From positions 2,496,001 to 2,560,000 of the forward strand of contig OZ244160.1 in the NCBI GenBank assembly GCA_965216325.1: a DNA stretch of 64,000 bases, in the 5' to 3' direction. Shown piece after piece: positions 32,282 to 42,412 of this stretch (position 1 is its first letter; every line of letters starts with the position of its first letter). The DNA comes from Coraliomargarita sp. (lineage in GTDB: Bacteria; Verrucomicrobiota; Verrucomicrobiia; Opitutales; Coraliomargaritaceae). The notes under the pieces are model-generated. The model did no database searches. It had not been told where the DNA came from and saw only the letters and a list, made by a program, of their open reading frames with translations. The position numbers and the translations under genes are program-made.

Positions 32282-35200
32282 TTAAGCTTCATCCTTTTGG
32301 TTGTGGGCTTCGATGAGTGCGTTTTTGAGTTCTTCAATTTCGATGGGCTTACGTAAGTAATCATTCATTCCGGCGGCAAGGCAATCCTCGCGGTCTTCTT
32401 GCATCGCAAAGGCGGTGACTGCGATGATGTATTGCTGCGTGAGCCGAGGATGCAAGTCGCCGCTGCGGATTGCCTTGGTGAGTTCGATGCCACTTTGCTC
32501 GGGCAGTCTCACATCAAGCAGTATGACGTCGAAGCGATGTTTGAATAGTTGTTGTGACGCCTCTGTTGCGTCTGTTGCCAGTTGTGGTTGGTAGCCCATT
32601 TGTTGGAGGAGTTCATTAATCATCCAACGGTTATCATCGTCATCTTCGCAGAGCAGTATGGCTAGCGGATGTCGCTTCGCGAAGTCTGCACTGACAAGGC
32701 CTGTTTGGCTCTGAGAATTGCTAAAGGGGTTGCGGGTTGCTTTGGCTTGTTCTGGGCGCTGTAGTTCGATTTCAAACAGAAAGGTGCTGCCTTTGCCCAA
32801 GGTGCTTTCAGCTCTGAGGCTCCCATCCATTCGTTCAACGAGACGCTGGGATATTGCGAGCCCGAGTCCTGTTCCGCCGTAGCGTCGGGTTGTTGAGGAG
32901 TCTTCCTGTAGGAATGGTTCAAAGATTTTTTGGAGTGCATTCGGCTCGATCCCGCAGCCAGTATCGATTACTTTGAAGCGTAGTCGGTCGTAGGAGCCGT
33001 TGTGCGTGCAGTCACTTAGTTGAACATGTATCTGCACGCTGCCCTGGTTGGTGAATTTGACCGCATTGTTGGCCAAGTTGATCAGTATCTGTTTTAGGCG
33101 GTGTGGGTCGCCGATGTAGAATTCACCGACTGTAGAGTCGATTTTGAAGTCGACCTCCAGACCCTTATCTTTTGCTTGGTAGAGCACGCTCTCCAGTGCT
33201 TCGCAAACAAGTTGTTCGAGGTCGAATTGCTCAGACTCCAGTTCTAGGACATTGGCTTCGATTTTGGAGTAATCGAGGATGTTGTTGATCAGTGCGAGCA
33301 GTGCTTTGCCACTACGGCGGATGATACTGGTCTGTTCGCTTTGTAGCTCACTCAGGTCTGTTTGACTGAGCAGGTCCGCATAGCCGAGAATGGCGTTCAT
33401 GGGGGTGCGGATTTCATGGCTCATTATTGACAAGAATTCTCCCTTGGCGACGCTGGCAGCGCTGGCGCGGTCGCGCGCGATTTTCAGTGCGCGCTGGTTT
33501 TCCTCGATGAGGATGAGCCCCGAAATACTGGAGGCGAGCACGCGCACTGCGTTGATCTCGCTTTGATTCCACGTGTGTGGCTTGGTGCAATATTCGATAG
33601 AAAGGAAGCCATTGAGCTTGCCTCGGATCCACATCGGAATGGCTAGAATCGCTTGGCAGTCTAGATGTCGAAGAACCGAAACGGCGTCTCTATCGAGTTG
33701 TGGTTGAGCGGTCAGTGCAATTGCACCATCGGTATGCATTTGCTCATACCAGCCAGGGAAGTATTCTTCGAAGGGACCTTCTATTGGCTGATGTTGTTTC
33801 AGTAGCGTGGGCACATGGCTGTTCTTGGACCACTCGACACTGCAGTTGAAGCTGAAGAGGGTCTCGAGGCTGCGGTCTAAAATCTCGAAAACATGCACAC
33901 GCTCTGCGCCAAGTGCGCGCCCGATATCGGCAATTGCGGTTTCGATGGCTTCTCCAAAATTACTTGTTGTGAGCAGGGTGTTGTTGGCCCGCGCTGACGC
34001 TTGGAGTATGCCGTCGCGCTGTTTAATGGCTGCTTCACTTTTTTTGCGCTCAGATATGTCGTAGGCAACCCACACGACGCGATCGCTCTCACCGGTCCGC
34101 TCTACCATGCGGCTTACACGGGCTTCGAAAAAGTGCTTTCCGACATCGACTGACTCGAGTTCGTATTCGCAGGTTTCGACTTTACCAGATTCAAGCGCTG
34201 TTTGGATGGTCTTGCCAAAGCGTTTTGTCGTGCGGTCATCGAATAGATGACTGAGTGGCTTTCCTCGTAGAACCTCAGAATTCACGATTCGGTGGTTCGC
34301 TTCGATTCGATGGTTTGCTGAGAAGATGTCGCAGATCACGCCTTCGCTGGAGAGGACGAACCCGATGTCCGGCAAGCCGTCGGTAAAGGCGCGCAAGCGG
34401 CTCTCGTTATCTGCGATCTGAGCTTCACGTTTACGCAGTTCATTCATCACTGAGGCGAGGCAGACCGATGTAATCGAAACGATGCCCACGAAGACCCAGA
34501 CATTTGCAGGGCTTTGACTAATCCGTGCTTCGGACCCGAGCACTGGTAGGAGTTGCCATGCCGCGACCAATGCGAGCACCAGGACTCCGGCAGATGCGCC
34601 GCGTAAGCCCAGGCGAATCGCGCCCCATGCCATAATCGGGAATATGGCCAGTTCCATCGGATAGAGTAGTGTATCGGTTGGCGCCCAATTTTGAAAAGTG
34701 ACCATGCCGAAGCCGATCAGAGTCACAATCCAGATGAGGACTTCGCCCATTTGACGAGTGGTTAGATCGCCGGCTTTGGGTTGTGCCCAAACCAGAATGA
34801 AGGGCAGGCTAATAATTGAACCAACGGATGCAGCTAGCCAATGGGTCATGAATATTGCGGGAAACTCGCCCCAGCCCCAGGTCGGATTTCCTCCACAGAG
34901 TAGCGCGGATTCAATCGCGGCACTCAAGGCGGTGGCAATGATGCCTGCAACAATCAGTAGGGAAAGGGTGTCCCGTATCCGCTCCATATCATGGCGGATG
35001 TCCAGCCATTGTGTGAGACGATAGCTGAGGATGGCGCAGAGCACTGTGGCCAATGGCACGCTCAAAATCTCCAGTAACTCGTCGTAAACAAAGACAGAGG
35101 GCACTAAGGCCCCCGCGAAAATCCATGGAATATAGCGCAGCCCTCCAATCAGGGTGATTGCGATCGCGACTCCGAAGACTGGGGCCAACTGGTTGACGAG

Positions 35201-35308
35201 CTGCTCAAACTGTGGATCCGCCAGTGCAATTGCGATTTGCGCAGCAAAGGCCACTGTCAATGCAGCCACTAGGGGCTTTAGGAGCTGAGGTATTCGGATG
35301 CGGAGCAT
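32282..35308 (-). CDS. Hybrid sensor histidine kinase (MASE1-like TM, PAS, GAF, HisKA, HATPase, REC)
   Basis: MSHEIRTPMN, NLANNAVKF, DTGCG, GGTGLGL, LLDVRLP. Confidence 0.95.
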   Translation of the reverse strand: MLRIRIPQLLKPLVAALTVAFAAQIAIALADPQFEQLVNQLAPVFGVAIAITLIGGLRYIPWIFAGALVPSVFVYDELLEILSVPLATVLCAILSYRLTQWLDIRHDMERIRDTLSLLIVAGIIATALSAAIESALLCGGNPTWGWGEFPAIFMTHWLAASVGSIISLPFILVWAQPKAGDLTTRQMGEVLIWIVTLIGFGMVTFQNWAPTDTLLYPMELAIFPIMAWGAIRLGLRGASAGVLVLALVAAWQLLPVLGSEARISQSPANVWVFVGIVSITSVCLASVMNELRKREAQIADNESRLRAFTDGLPDIGFVLSSEGVICDIFSANHRIEANHRIVNSEVLRGKPLSHLFDDRTTKRFGKTIQTALESGKVETCEYELESVDVGKHFFEARVSRMVERTGESDRVVWVAYDISERKKSEAAIKQRDGILQASARANNTLLTTSNFGEAIETAIADIGRALGAERVHVFEILDRSLETLFSFNCSVEWSKNSHVPTLLKQHQPIEGPFEEYFPGWYEQMHTDGAIALTAQPQLDRDAVSVLRHLDCQAILAIPMWIRGKLNGFLSIEYCTKPHTWNQSEINAVRVLASSISGLILIEENQRALKIARDRASAASVAKGEFLSIMSHEIRTPMNAILGYADLLSQTDLSELQSEQTSIIRRSGKALLALINNILDYSKIEANVLELESEQFDLEQLVCEALESVLYQAKDKGLEVDFKIDSTVGEFYIGDPHRLKQILINLANNAVKFTNQGSVQIHVQLSDCTHNGSYDRLRFKVIDTGCGIEPNALQKIFEPFLQEDSSTTRRYGGTGLGLAISQRLVERMDGSLRAESTLGKGSTFLFEIELQRPEQAKATRNPFSNSQSQTGLVSADFAKRHPLAILLCEDDDDNRWMINELLQQMGYQPQLATDATEASQQLFKHRFDVILLDVRLPEQSGIELTKAIRSGDLHPRLTQQYIIAVTAFAMQEDREDCLAAGMNDYLRKPIEIEELKNALIEAHNQKDEA

Positions 35309-35361
35309 TGGAGGTTCGTGAGTGTAGCTAGTTGTTGTAGCAGTGAAAGTGTGGTAGTTTT

Positions 35362-36696
35362 TCAGTTCAGCCTCTTATGTCGTGAGCTAATAGAAATATG
35401 GTCAGTGAAGTAGATGCGAGTTGGCACTTTGTGTGCTGCGAGTGTTTGTCGGCAGTGACGCTTGATCTTTCGCTTGAGTTCACTTGTGGAGCTGCCTGCT
35501 GAGGCGAAAACTTTAATTGCAACACTTTGGCCAGTGATCGCATTCGCCTCACTAAAGACGATGCAGGACTCTATTTGGGGGATTTGTAGAACGATTGCTT
35601 CGACTTCACCGGGGGTAACCTTCTCTCCGCCTACGTTGATGAGTTCGCTAGCACGCCCAATGATGCGGAGGCTGTCGTCTGCTCCTTTTTCTACTAGATC
35701 CCCAGTGCGATACCATCCGTTTGCTTCCAAGGCTGATTGGTCAGCATTTAAATATCCTAAAATACGAGAGGGTGTTTTGAGCCAGAGTTCGCCTTCGTGA
35801 ATTCTCCATTCTGTGTCGGGGTCTTGGATTCTAAAGAATAAACTGTTCGTATTCGTGCTTTGAATACGGATAGCTCCTGTTTCGCTGGTTCCGAATTTTT
35901 GTTGGAACTCAGCTTTGGGGAATTGTTGTACTAGGCGTTCCAAAAGTGCCGGGGGCATTGCTTCGGCTCCGTAAGCGATAATTTCGACTGAGCTAAGGTC
36001 GTGTTTCTGATATTGTTGCGAAAGGAGCAGTAGATTTAAAAATGTTGGTGTGCAGGGGAGTATGTTGACTTTGTAAGTTTCAATTGCCTGTGCTGCGCTC
36101 TCTGGGGTGCGTGATTCGGGGATAATCAGCGCTGAGCCTGCCAGTAGTGTGCGTAGTGCTGCATCAATCCCTCCGATATGGTCCAAGTGCATGAGCAATA
36201 GGCTGCGGTCTTGGCGGGGTTTGACTTTGCTGTAGCGTTGAAGCAATGCGTCGAAGTCGTGCAGCATCGCCTTAGGTGCTCCACTGGTGCCACTGCTGAA
36301 CAAGATTAGCCCTGAGTGCTGACGATTCTCTAGAGTCTTAATTAGGTCGGTGGGTTCATCAGTATGTTGCAATTGAGTCAGCGCATAGCCACTGCCTATA
36401 CGCCATTGGACTGCGGCGACCTGCCGTGCGGTGATGCGTTCAGCTTCTCCTAGTTCGTGAGAGAGTGGCACTGCTACCAGTTGATTCTGTTGACAGGCGA
36501 GAAGGGCAATCAGGCATTCGAAACTCTTGTCTGTTTCAATGCTGACTACACTGTGGGTTTGGATGCGAGCTGCTCGCAGCGAATCGTTGAGCGCTTCGAC
36601 TGCGGTGATGAGTTGATGGAAACTCCAGCGTTTGTCAGCTTCGTGACAGGCTGTTTTGTCGCCAAACTTCTGAAACTGTTGAAGTGCCCAATGCAC
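35362..36696 (-). CDS. AMP-dependent acyl-CoA/acyl-ACP ligase
   Basis: FSSGTSGAPK, FGTSETG, YRTGDLV, INVGGEKV, HKVP. Confidence 0.92.
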   Translation of the reverse strand: MHWALQQFQKFGDKTACHEADKRWSFHQLITAVEALNDSLRAARIQTHSVVSIETDKSFECLIALLACQQNQLVAVPLSHELGEAERITARQVAAVQWRIGSGYALTQLQHTDEPTDLIKTLENRQHSGLILFSSGTSGAPKAMLHDFDALLQRYSKVKPRQDRSLLLMHLDHIGGIDAALRTLLAGSALIIPESRTPESAAQAIETYKVNILPCTPTFLNLLLLSQQYQKHDLSSVEIIAYGAEAMPPALLERLVQQFPKAEFQQKFGTSETGAIRIQSTNTNSLFFRIQDPDTEWRIHEGELWLKTPSRILGYLNADQSALEANGWYRTGDLVEKGADDSLRIIGRASELINVGGEKVTPGEVEAIVLQIPQIESCIVFSEANAITGQSVAIKVFASAGSSTSELKRKIKRHCRQTLAAHKVPTRIYFTDHISISSRHKRLN

Positions 36697-36708
36697 GGTC
36701 GATTTGTG

Positions 36709-37407
36709 TTACCCAGTGACTCCCCCAAGATAGAGGATTTGGCCGGTGATGAAGTCGCTTTGCGGTGCGATAAAGAAATCGATGGCGTTGGTGACATCGC
36801 TGACTTCGCCCAAGCGTGGTAGTGCCTGCCGAGCAATAAGCGCATCCATCTTTGTTTGAGGGACACCTTTTATTAGATCTGTAGCGATAGGTGTCGGGCC
36901 GATGGCGTTAACCGTGATTTTCAGCTCAGCCAGTTCGCGTGAGAGGATCCGAGTCAGGCTTTCGACTGCTGCTTTGCTGGCTGCGTAGATCGCTTCGCCT
37001 TCGAGGTTAAGCGGGTGGGCGACAGTGGTGAAATTGACTATGCGTGGGGCTTTGCTTCTGCGCATTAGCTTAGCCATCTCCCGACAGAAGAGGAATGTGC
37101 CGACGACGTTGGTTTGCAGAATGCGGTTAACCGTCTCTCCTGGTGTAAGGAGAGTGTGGTTCATAGAGGCAATGCCGGCGTTGTTGATCAAGGCGTCAAT
37201 GTGGCCGTGTGTCTTCTTAATGTCACGAGCCATGCTAATGACAGCTTGCTCGTCGCTCACATCAAGCGGGTAGTGCTCGTAATTTGCATCTTCAATCGAA
37301 CTGTCGCCACGGCTGCAACCGATGACACGCCAACCTTGCTCAAGATAGTGCAGTGCCAGTGATTGGCCAATGCCCTTGCGGGTGCCAGTTATGACGAGTG
37401 TCTTCAT
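36709..37407 (-). CDS. SDR oxidoreductase, FabG-like
   Basis: TGTRKGIG, NNAG, YAASK, ITGQ. Confidence 0.93.
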   Translation of the reverse strand: MKTLVITGTRKGIGQSLALHYLEQGWRVIGCSRGDSSIEDANYEHYPLDVSDEQAVISMARDIKKTHGHIDALINNAGIASMNHTLLTPGETVNRILQTNVVGTFLFCREMAKLMRRSKAPRIVNFTTVAHPLNLEGEAIYAASKAAVESLTRILSRELAELKITVNAIGPTPIATDLIKGVPQTKMDALIARQALPRLGEVSDVTNAIDFFIAPQSDFITGQILYLGGVTG

Positions 37408-37700
37408 GTGTCGATGCGTTCGGCTACGGCTTGCGTTAGGCTCGCCACGTCGCGGTAGGGTGAGTTACGCGCGCTCATGGCTTTTTCGTCCGCGAGTGTG
37501 ATGGAGGCACCGAATTCGTCGGCTACCGCGTCTTCCAAATCGGCGATCAGATTGACCAGTGCCATACTGTCAAGTGGACCTTGGCCTCCGAACAAAGCGC
37601 TGGAGCTTTCTGGATGGGAGAGGGATGGTAGTTCAAAGTCATCTGCTAGCGTGCGTACGGTGTTGATTACGACGGCTTCGATTTGTTCGAGTTCAGGCAT
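37404..37700 (-). CDS. Acyl carrier protein-like
   Basis: Acidic 98-aa protein with GPLDSMALV phosphopantetheine-site motif; overlaps both neighbours. Confidence 0.85.
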   Translation of the reverse strand: MPELEQIEAVVINTVRTLADDFELPSLSHPESSSALFGGQGPLDSMALVNLIADLEDAVADEFGASITLADEKAMSARNSPYRDVASLTQAVAERIDT

Positions 37701-38328
37701 CTTCAGAGGGTGAGTTGTGGGTTGAACCAAGAAATTCAGTGCGTGTGGCGTGTCCTTCTTCGGAGATGTTCTCACGTCGAAAAACAGTGACCACGGTTAA
37801 ACCCAGAATTTTGAGGTCGAGCAAGAAAGAACGGTGCTCGACATACCATAGATCGAGCTCGAATTGACGTTCCCAAGTCAGGCCGTTGCGGCCATTGACT
37901 TGGGCCCAGCCGGTGATCCCCGGGCGCACCTCATGGCGGCGGGATTGTTCGGGTGAGTAGCGCTCCAGATAGGCCGTGGGCAAGGGGCGTGGCCCGACGA
38001 GGCTCATTTCTCCTTTCAGCACATTCCAGAGTTCGGGAAGCTCATCGAGGCTGGTAGAACGTAGGAACTGTCCCCAGCGCGTGAGGCGGGCGGCATCGTC
38101 GCCATCGCCATTGCGCATGCTACGAAACTTTAAGATAGCGAACGACTGGCCATTGAGGCCTGCTCGCTCCTGCCTAAAGAAGATTGGGCGGCCATGGATG
38201 ATCAGCTGGATCAGGCAGAGCCCTAGTAGGGGGAGGCTGAGGGCTATGAGGCCCAAAATGGGTGCGACTATGTCGAGAAGGCGTTTCAAAACATGTAAGG
38301 TAGAGGAATTATTACCGATCACATCCAC
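37693..38328 (-). CDS. Bacterial sugar transferase (PglC-type monotopic phosphoglycosyl transferase)
   Basis: KRLLDI, KFRSM, SLDELPEL, MSLVGPRP, RPGITGWAQVNGRN. Confidence 0.95.
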   Translation of the reverse strand: MDVIGNNSSTLHVLKRLLDIVAPILGLIALSLPLLGLCLIQLIIHGRPIFFRQERAGLNGQSFAILKFRSMRNGDGDDAARLTRWGQFLRSTSLDELPELWNVLKGEMSLVGPRPLPTAYLERYSPEQSRRHEVRPGITGWAQVNGRNGLTWERQFELDLWYVEHRSFLLDLKILGLTVVTVFRRENISEEGHATRTEFLGSTHNSPSEDA

Positions 38329-38357
38329 TCAGCTCACAAGGTCAAACCTAGCTTTGT

Positions 38358-38386
38358 TTGACAGCACTCGGCCTAACGATTACTTT
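38358..38386 (+). promoter_or_regulatory. Sigma70-type promoter candidate
   Basis: TTGACA-17 nt-TACTTT upstream of the ATG at 38424. Confidence 0.55.
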
Positions 38387-38423
38387 TTCCATTCAATATT
38401 AACCTAAATCCGACCCACTTATC

Positions 38424-39599
<1,176 letters not shown>

Positions 39600-39687
39600 A
39601 GCTGAATCTAACGGATTCTACTCTTGATGTCGTTGGTGGAGTTGGCTTCTCTTTAGTTGTCTCTCATCAAGTCGCGCGTACGTTTGC

Positions 39688-41196
39688 ATGTGTGACCAAA
39701 CCCTATATGATACGCGGCTAGTGAAATCTGCGACTAACCTTCCTCGTGTGCTACGAACAACGACTCAGTTGAGCGTAGTCTCTGTATTCTCACTCATCGG
39801 ACTGACCGGCTGTAAATTTGTTGGCACCGATTACGAAGCGCCGGAGATGTCCATGCCGGATGCGTGGCAGCAACGGCTAGCCACCCAAGGCAGCAGCTTA
39901 CTGGCTGTGGACCACTGGTGGGAGAGCTTTAATGATGCTACGTTGAATCGCTTGATCGATCAGGCGGTTGCTGAGAATAAGGACCTGGCGATTGCTTATG
40001 AGCGTGTCCAGCAGGCGCGCTCGGCTAGAACGGTATCGAACAGTGGTCTATTCCCTGATGTCACTGCCACGGGTGACTTTAGTCGCCAGCGCACGAGTGA
40101 AAACGTGGGTATCCCACCGGCAGCTGGAGGTGGGGATACTCAGAATTTCTATTCGGCTGGTGCTGCAGTTGCCTGGGAGTTGGATGTCTTAGGTGGTGTG
40201 CGCCGTTCGATTGAGTCGGCTGATGCGAGCCTGCAGGCAACTGAAGAAAGCTACCGTGATTTCATGGTGCTGCTCTTAGCTGAGGTGACACGCAACTACA
40301 TTGACATTCGCACTCTCGAAGAGCGCATTCAATTGGCTGAGGTGAACATCGAAAATCAGGAGGAATCGCTGGCCCTTGCGCAAGATCGCTTTGAGGCTGG
40401 CTTGGTGCCGAAACTTGATGTGACGCAGGCGCAAACCAATCTCGCGAATACACAAGCGTTCCTTCCGCAGCTTCATCAAGAGCGATCTGCGGCAGTCAAC
40501 CGACTTTCAACTCTACTCGGCGGCTACTCTCCTGAGACTGAAACACTATTAGGCAAGCACACTAAGATCCCGGTGCCGCCTGCGCACGCCGCGATCGCAC
40601 CTCCGGTTGAAGTGATTCGTGCCCGTCCGGATATTCGCGCAGCAGAGCGTTCACTGGCGGCACAAACTGCCCAAATCGGTGTTGCCGAAGCAGACCTCTA
40701 CCCACGCTTCACGCTGAACGGCGACTTCCAATTGTTGTCGACTGAAAGTGGGGACGTCTTTGACTCGGATTCACGCAACTACGGCTTCGGTCCATCCTTG
40801 CGTTGGAATATCTTCAGCGCGGGCCGTGTTCGTGCACAGATTGATATCGAGGAATCGCGCACGAGAGAAGCGCTACTCGCATATGAGAATGCAGTGTTAC
40901 TCGCGGTCGAAGAAGTGGAAACATCGATGAGTGGTATTGCACATGAACGGGATCGTCTTGCCGCGCTAGATACGGGAGCTGCCTCTGCGCGCGAAACGGT
41001 TGAGTTGGTTAAGGAAAACTACACTCGCGGCTTGGTTGATTTTCAAAACGTGCTGGATGCGGAACGCACGGCGACGCAGACCGAAGATAATAAGGCCGTC
41101 AGCCAGGGCCGTGTCGCGAATGCATATGTCGCCCTCTATGATGCGCTAGGCGGCGGCTTCCCTGAAGAAGAACTTGAGCAACTCAATCAGCAGTAA
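39688..41196 (+). CDS. RND efflux outer membrane lipoprotein (OprM/NodT type)
   Basis: Lipobox LTGC; WELDVLG; RPDIRAAE; LYDALGGG. Confidence 0.93.
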   Translation: MCDQTLYDTRLVKSATNLPRVLRTTTQLSVVSVFSLIGLTGCKFVGTDYEAPEMSMPDAWQQRLATQGSSLLAVDHWWESFNDATLNRLIDQAVAENKDLAIAYERVQQARSARTVSNSGLFPDVTATGDFSRQRTSENVGIPPAAGGGDTQNFYSAGAAVAWELDVLGGVRRSIESADASLQATEESYRDFMVLLLAEVTRNYIDIRTLEERIQLAEVNIENQEESLALAQDRFEAGLVPKLDVTQAQTNLANTQAFLPQLHQERSAAVNRLSTLLGGYSPETETLLGKHTKIPVPPAHAAIAPPVEVIRARPDIRAAERSLAAQTAQIGVAEADLYPRFTLNGDFQLLSTESGDVFDSDSRNYGFGPSLRWNIFSAGRVRAQIDIEESRTREALLAYENAVLLAVEEVETSMSGIAHERDRLAALDTGAASARETVELVKENYTRGLVDFQNVLDAERTATQTEDNKAVSQGRVANAYVALYDALGGGFPEEELEQLNQQ

Positions 41197-41217
41197 TTTC
41201 GAACCATCACCCTTGCT

Positions 41218-42390
41218 ATGAAATCTCACGCAACATTTCGCTGGGCCGGAGTCGCCCTTATTGCATCATCATTCATGATTGGTTGCAGCAAGCAACAAGA
41301 GGTTGCTGCACCGCCGCCGCCACCGGTTACAGTGGATACTCCTGAATTGCGCGAGGTTGAAGTCTTCCGCACCTTCCCATCGACTTTGAAGGGGGTGGAT
41401 GAAGTGGAGATCCGTGCGCGTGTGAGTGGCTATCTTGAAGAGACTAGTTTTGATGAGGGATCGATTGTCAAAAAGGGCGACCACCTCTTTACGATCGAAC
41501 AAGAACCGTATAAGCTAGCTGTCGAAGCGGCCCAAGCTGATTTGGAGCGCGCTGAAGCGGGTCGTGAGTTGGCTGAAACGCAGCTACGACGCTTGGACGA
41601 AGCGCTCAAAACCAATGCGGTCTCTGAGAGTGAAGTCGATATCGCTGCAGCAGAGTTGGCCCAGTCCATTGCGTTGGTGAGCCAAGCGAAAGCAAATCTG
41701 AATAATGCGCTCCTGGATCTTAGCTACACCGATGTGAATGCGCCGATCAATGGGCGTGTCTCGCTTGCCTTGGTCAGTAATGAGAATTTGGTCGGTTATG
41801 GTGAGCCGACAGTGATCACAACGATCGTGGATGATTCCAAGATTGAAGCCCACTTTGAGGTCCCAGAGCGCGACATCATCCGTTTTATGCGCAAGCGTGG
41901 AAAGAAGGAGATGAATGAAGAGGCCGAGAATGTTGAGATTCAACTCGAGCTCGCGGATCGCTCGCTTTATTCGGGCGTCGGTAAACTCGACTTTTTAGAC
42001 AACCGAGTGGATTCGATGACCCGAACGATTCGTGCACGTGCGATATTCGAGAATCCAGATCACGAGCTTGCATCCGGTATGTTCGCGACGGTGAAGATCC
42101 CAACTGCACCGAATCGGGAGGATCGTTCACAGAAAGAAGCGCTGCTGGTTCCCGCAGATGTCATTCTGCGTGATATTGGTGGACGTTATGTCTGGGTGGT
42201 CGACGACCAGAATGTCGTTCACCGTCGTGGAGTGGTTGTTGGTGATACCGTCGTGAAGTCTGCGGAAGGGGATCAGCCGGCAATGCGCCAGACGATTATT
42301 CTCGATGGCCTCAAGGCTGATGAGCGCGTCATTGTCCTCGGCCTGCAACGTGCTCGTGACGGCGCGAATGTGACACCGACTGCACTATAG
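41218..42390 (+). CDS. RND efflux periplasmic adaptor
   Basis: Lipobox IGC; EIRARVSGYL; YTDVNAPING; DNRVDSMTRT. Confidence 0.94.
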   Translation: MKSHATFRWAGVALIASSFMIGCSKQQEVAAPPPPPVTVDTPELREVEVFRTFPSTLKGVDEVEIRARVSGYLEETSFDEGSIVKKGDHLFTIEQEPYKLAVEAAQADLERAEAGRELAETQLRRLDEALKTNAVSESEVDIAAAELAQSIALVSQAKANLNNALLDLSYTDVNAPINGRVSLALVSNENLVGYGEPTVITTIVDDSKIEAHFEVPERDIIRFMRKRGKKEMNEEAENVEIQLELADRSLYSGVGKLDFLDNRVDSMTRTIRARAIFENPDHELASGMFATVKIPTAPNREDRSQKEALLVPADVILRDIGGRYVWVVDDQNVVHRRGVVVGDTVVKSAEGDQPAMRQTIILDGLKADERVIVLGLQRARDGANVTPTAL

Positions 42391-42412
42391 AAACTGCTGA
42401 GGCCACACGATC

